From assembly GCA_951406725.2 (NCBI GenBank), contig OX597821.1, forward strand, positions 5,146,001-5,210,000: a DNA stretch of 64,000 nucleotides, in the 5' to 3' direction. Below, one piece after another: positions 57,361 to 64,000 of this stretch; within the stretch, counting starts at the first letter, position 1, and each line of letters opens with the position of its first letter. The DNA comes from Octopus vulgaris (Eukaryota). The position numbers and the translations under genes were made by a program. The notes below the pieces were generated by a model. The model ran no database searches. It worked only from the letters and a program-made list of their open reading frames with translations, and had not been told where the DNA came from.

Positions 57361-57684
57361 GAGTTCGCCGACGTGAATCTTATTCTGCTAGGATTAGTTT
57401 CTGAAATTAGAACTGCATCTCATTATTCAATCGGATTTTGGTAAATTGTGCCTTTCGAAACACGTGTAGAATGAAATAAAACGATTTCTGTTCAATCTTC
57501 GTTCAGCTCCATTTCTTCAATTCACCAATAATATTTTAATTTCAATTATCCGCACCAACGCACGGTTGCAACACCATATGGTTGTACCTCCAACGGTGCT
57601 GTCTTCTGCTGTGATTTTTGCTACCAAGGTATCGGTTAAACTTTTGATTAATCTGCTACAAGATTATTCATCTTTCTATTTCAC

Positions 57685-57754
<70 letters not shown>

Positions 57755-57757
<3 letters not shown>

Positions 57758-58480
57758 GAAATACGAAATACGAAAATATAGAAGAATACAAACTCTTTCG
57801 AACAACGTAAGAAACGAATGAAAAATAAGACAAGTAACATAACAATTGACCCTTCATCAGTTGTCGGCTGTTTTATTTACTCTACATTTCGAGCAATTAC
57901 GACAAGATGCGCCTTCGTCAAAATAGTTGCTCCCGCAAGGCAAACTAAATGCAATTTGAGATTTGCGGAGGATGAAAGTTGGTAACAAAAACAGGACAGT
58001 GAAAACAAACAGAAAGTGCTTCTAATCCATAACGAGGTACGGTGGCGAATGCTGGAGGGACAAGCTTTGACAGGAGAGAGACAAGAATGTGTCTTATCTC
58101 TAATTGATTGAAAACAAAGAAACTCAAGTTAGGAAAAGAAAGATGGTTGATGGTCACGTGCAGGCAACGAGTAAAGTAAGAAGCATGAGGAAGAGTGAGG
58201 GACGGATACAGAATGGTGAAAGGGAGAGGAAAAGAATTAGAGAATGGATGAGACAGATAAAAAGGTAACGGGGCGAAGGGGAGATAAAAGGAATTACAGA
58301 AAAGATGAGAGAGGAAACGAAAGGGGAGAAGGAAAGGGAAATAGAATAAAAGACGCAACTGATGAAGGATCGTTTTATGTTACTTGTCTTGTTTTCCATT
58401 TGCTTCTTTCGTTCGCATACAAGTTCGTATTCCATTTTTGCGTGTTTCGTGATCCATGTTGTTTATTTCTATAAGGTTCT
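57755..58480. mobile_element. PLE-like non-coding element in (TA)n with diverged inverted ends bearing CTGATGA
   Basis: 57790-57865 (-) resembles 58355-58430 (+): caactgatgaagg..tatgttacttgtctt; related to 45550-45600. Confidence 0.55.
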
Positions 58481-58527
58481 ATAGCCATATATGCATATGT
58501 ATATTCATATATATTACATATATGTAA

Positions 58528-58563
<36 letters not shown>

Positions 58564-58580
58564 GCATATATATATGTGTT

Positions 58581-58653
<73 letters not shown>

Positions 58654-58716
58654 ATATTATTTATATTATTATAAGATTGAACGCCACGCATCCATTTCCA
58701 AGTAAGTTTTATCTAG

Positions 58717-58764
<48 letters not shown>

Positions 58765-58819
58765 TTATATATCACATGCTTTGCATGTAGCGTAAACGAT
58801 GCAGGTCTTTGACACTTAA

Positions 58820-59330
58820 GTGTGGTTAACCATTGGCCCTTGCTTCAAGTACACCCCACAAAAAGTAATCAAGAACGAGGAGATCTCTGCTATTACAAGG
58901 CCAGATGCTAGCTCTTACCAAAAAATGGCACCTTTTCACAAGGAAAGGCCTGGGTTTCTTTTGACGTGTGGCATGGTGCAGAATCCTGGATAAGCATCAC
59001 ATTGTCAAGCCCAAACTTCTACTCCATCCGAGGTAACAGAGAGTTCATCGGGATGTCCAGATACTCCTTTTTGCCGATCTTCCAACAGGATTCAATGAAG
59101 TGTGGATCCATGACACTTCCATCATTCAGGACGGCTCCAAATACTACCACAGAGGCAGGATTCTTAGTTTCAAACACATCGGGTATGTCAGAAGGGTTTT
59201 ATGCAATCACTCGAGTAATCAACCGTACGTATATATAATATGGAACAATGAGAATCTTCGCTCGACACCGCACTGGTGGATAAAGATTTTATATTTTTGT
59301 TTTAAGTGTACCATTGACTTCATGTTAAGG
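58820..59330 (-). pseudogene. Tc1-like transposase fragment
   Basis: Minus strand LIQDSAPCH and WPCNS-like motifs. Confidence 0.7.
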
Positions 59331-59369
59331 AAATTCTCAACAATTATTCAAGCCAGTTGCATACACACA

Positions 59370-59448
<79 letters not shown>

Positions 59449-60063
59449 TACATCCTTGAATACATTCATTTTGATAGAATAAAGCATAAAAATCTGCAAT
59501 ATATTTTTGGGTGTTTTATAAATGCTATGAACCAACATATATGCATTAATACTTATATAAATGTAAGCATGAATGTATATATGTTTACGTTGTCTGCTAT
59601 TTTATAGTACAAACTACTCAAAATGTATCTAGCAGTTATGAAAAACTCCTTAGCAAGGGTTAAAAGGTCGAACATATGAAAAAATCTGACGTCTTAATAG
59701 CGATGGCAAACGTTTGGCGAATTCCGAGAATGAAACGCGATATAGCTTTACAAACAGTGAAAAACACACACAGTGTCACTTCACATTAGTTAAGTGTATC
59801 TGATAAATGGCTCTTAATTGACGTCAAATATATTAATTCGTTAATAAATCTAAGTGTAAGATTTCAACATACCTCCCGTCACATTCGACTATAAGAAAGA
59901 AAACAACAAAACATTCTTTCTTATACATTCATATTCTTATAAGATTAATACGTACATACATAAAGCAGAAAAAGTCTATCCCTCACGCGGCAGTTATATT
60001 TCATAATAAATGGAAACATAAGTTATTAAGATTCCATCAGTTTTGAATGTCTGCACGTGTATG

Positions 60064-60175
<112 letters not shown>

Positions 60176-60176
60176 C

Positions 60177-60208
<32 letters not shown>

Positions 60209-60339
60209 GCATATATATATATGCATATATATATACATATATATATATACGTATACACATACATGTGTATATATGTATATATGTGCGTGTATGTATGTAT
60301 ACACATATCAGTATGTATATATATGTAGGTGTTTATATG

Positions 60340-60375
<36 letters not shown>

Positions 60376-60493
60376 TACATATATATATATGTATACATAT
60401 ATATATATACATATATATATATAAACATATATATATCCATATATATACATATATATATACACACATATATATCCTTATATATACATATATACA

Positions 60494-60547
<54 letters not shown>

Positions 60548-60964
60548 CATACATACATACATACGTATGTATGCTGGGTGGGATGTTCAAGCAGATATGC
60601 GAAATATCTCGCTCTGTCTGTAAATATGCGAGAACGAGGGAATGCAGGGGAAGACAGACAGAGATTGTACGTATCTATGTACGTGCGGAACGTAATGAAG
60701 AGATAGTTCTCTGTAACAGAGCCCCGTATGAAACTAACTTTTAGATAAAGAACTGTTTTAACTATAAAACACTAATTACTTTAAAGAAGTGATACTGAAG
60801 CTAATCACTTCAAAGTAAGTAAGAAACATGTGCTGTATATATGAACACCTAGATATCTATGTGTGTAGGTGTACACAGACGTGCGTGTAAGTGCACACAC
60901 ACACACGCTCCTATGTATGTGTGTGTATGCGTGTGTGTGCATACGTGGATAGATGGATGAAAGG

Positions 60965-61345
60965 ACTGCGAGGAAAATGCTTAGCGGCATTTAGTCCGTT
61001 TTTATGTTCTGCGTTCAAATTCAGCCGAGGTCGGCTTTGCTTTTCATACTTTCGAAGCTGATAAATTCAGTACCAGTTAATGACTGGGACGCGATATAAA
61101 CGACTTAACCCCGCCCCTCCCCACAAAATTAAATTCAGGCCTTGTGCCTATAGTGGAAAGGATTATTACGGTTTAACACGTCGTGCAAAATGCTCTGCGC
61201 TTTTCGTCCGTATTTACGTTCAAATCCCACCAGTGACGACTTTGCATTTCTTACTTTCGTGGTCGATAACAAATTACCATTTGAGCCCAAGGGTCGAGGA
61301 AATCGCCTAAATCCTTCACCCACAATTTCAGGCCTTGAGCCTATA
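60965..61345 (+). mobile_element. SINE family B, two diverged copies
   Basis: gttcaaattcagccgaggtcggctttgc..gataaa..gtaccag. Confidence 0.6.
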
Positions 61346-61355
61346 TCAGAAACCT

Positions 61356-61440
<85 letters not shown>

Positions 61441-61736
61441 CATTATTATTATTATTATTATTGTTATTATTCTATCTTTGACTTTTGCTTTACATTTGTA
61501 CAAGTTGGCTCCAAGTCTCACCCAGAGACCTCAAGAGACAACATGTTTGAAGTTCATGTTGTTGTTATGCCTAGTGTGCCATATAGTTAGTTTTGTATTT
61601 AGTGTTGTACTAGTGAATGTCAAAATAAATTATATTTGTTTGTTTGTTTGTTTGAAAACTTGAGATTATATCGATTCCATCATCATCATTATTATTATTA
61701 TTATTATTATTATCATTATTATTATTATTATTATTA

Positions 61737-61812
<76 letters not shown>

Positions 61813-61834
61813 CATCATCATCATCATTATTATT

Positions 61835-61882
<48 letters not shown>

Positions 61883-61896
61883 GTTGTTATTATTAT

Positions 61897-62657
61897 TCCT
61901 TCGTAACATAGTGTAGGTAAAAATGCACAGGAGTTTTTAGTCACCTACCAAGGACCTTAGATAGATAATACTTTCCTTAAGATGTGGGATGTACCCAATA
62001 AGGCTGCTTTTTGCAAGACGTCTATCTTGCATGGGATTTCCAGTTACCTTAAGAAGTTTTGAAGCTTCAATGGGATTGAACCCAGCATTCTGATCACCAC
62101 TGGTATCACTTTTACATTACCCTCTCGCATTCCATACAATCTTGTCGTTTCTACTTTCATTTCGGAGTACTTGGTGATTTTCCCAACCTCTTTACTCACA
62201 ACATTCATGTCACTTGGCATGGCTACATCAATGATCTGACAGTATTTGTCTCTCTTATTCAGTTTGACAATATCCGGCCCATTGTGTTCGATTACACGAC
62301 CCGTCTGAAAATCCCGGGATATCGTTACCTTTCCATCCACCTGCATAACTTTACTTGCTACAGGCTCATACTAGTTCTCTTTACTGCATATTGGTATTTA
62401 CAGCATAAGAGCCAATGAAGATACACACACATTATCGTGGCGGCACTTGTATTCTTTTTGTGCAAGACTCTCACATCCACACACACTAAGTGTGTCACAT
62501 TTTCCACCCTTTTTCCACAGAGTCTGCATTTCTGGCTGTCAGAAGTTTTATAGATCTTGTACTTCACTGAGTTGTTAGCGAGAGCCTGGTCTTGTGCAGC
62601 AATGATCAGGCTTTCGGTGGTACGCTTCAAATCACCTCGTTCGAGCCATGCCCACGA
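61897..62657 (-). mobile_element. R4/Dong-clade LINE 3' fragment (CCHC plus restriction-like endonuclease) between trinucleotide arrays
   Basis: TTESLIIAAQDQAL, CRLCG..ENVTHL, RHDN, PDIV, IIDVAMP, KY, VIPVVI..LGSIP; (TAA)n-rich flanks. Confidence 0.88.
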
Positions 62658-62995
<338 letters not shown>

Positions 62996-63380
62996 GGCTG
63001 TGTGGTAAGTAGCTTGTTTACCAACAACATGGTTCCGGGTTCAGTCCCACTGCGTGGCACCTTGAGCGTGTGTCCTCTACTATAGCCTCGGCCCGACCAA
63101 AGCTTTGTGAGTGGATTTGGTAGAGGGAAACTAAAAGAAGCCCGTCGTATATATATATATTTGTATGTGTGCGTGTGTTTATGTGTTTATGTTTGTCTCT
63201 CCATCATCGCTTGACAACCGACAGTAGTGTGTTTACGTCCCGTAACTTAGCGGTTCGGTAAAAGAGACCGATGAAATAGGTACTAGGCTTACAAAGAATA
63301 AGTCCTGGGGTCGATTTGCGCGACTAAAGGCAGTACTCCAGCAAGGCCGCAGTCAAATGACTGAAACAAGTAAAAGAGTA
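62996..63380 (+). mobile_element. SINE family A, full length
   Basis: ggctgtgtggtaagtagc...aaatgactgaaacaagtaaaagag. Confidence 0.9.
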
Positions 63381-64000
63381 TTAGTATTAAGCATCCTTGT
63401 ATTGCGGTGTGGTGGTAGAGTCCTTTTTTCTTTTGGCTCTTGTCAACTTATGCTTCATTTTACTTCGACCGTTATAATAAAGTACTGACTGAGTATTACT
63501 GTCGATGGTATCAACAGACTAAGTTCCTTCAAAATTAATGACCTTGAGGCTAAACTATTAGCATGTATTTTTCATTACTATATTAACATAAGAGTATTTT
63601 CGGGCCAGGGAAATGTTGGTCACGGATTATATACGTTAAAATATATAGGTGTATCTACTTCCATATATCTTTACATCTAGCGTAAGCTGTCAAACTTCTT
63701 AATATTAATTTATTATTTCTGACTAAGTGGCTCTGTACGAAAACAGTGGAATATGCATATGGTACTATTAAAGATAGCTGAATATGAGATTCTGTTTCAC
63801 TTTCCAGTTGTAATTCGTATCACATCAACTAAGCAACGAATGCCTCGAAGTAAAACAAAACTGAAACAACCTTCAGTTATATCATTATCTACTTTAAGGC
63901 AGATTACACAACTTTGCCTCGTTTAAGAATAACGACTCCACCCACAAAAATTAGCAATTGAATCTCCCTCATATCACGTTGTATCTCCTTAAATTTAAAA

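Overview
AT-rich, microsatellite-saturated eukaryotic intronic or intergenic DNA. The tRNA-derived SINE families point to an octopus (coleoid cephalopod) genome. No host gene is identifiable; there are only a few weak exon candidates, and most ORFs in the track are microsatellite artefacts. The window is a patchwork of decayed transposons: three SINE families, mariner/Tc1 relics (one full-length mariner), two non-autonomous Helitrons, LINE 3' fragments (RTE with three C2H2 fingers, HERO, R4/Dong, CR1-group) and a Penelope-type GIY-YIG endonuclease fragment. The main unannotated signal is a set of at least 6-8 apparently unrelated, short non-coding elements, mostly embedded in (TA)n. Each carries a type I hammerhead ribozyme (CUGANGA/CCGANGA core, GAAA, palindromic stem III) and is arranged as a fold-back, a partial tandem or an exactly circularly permuted monomer. 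They look like non-autonomous Penelope derivatives or retrozymes. In one copy a breakpoint falls at the predicted self-cleavage site, and two copies of one family show stem covariation.
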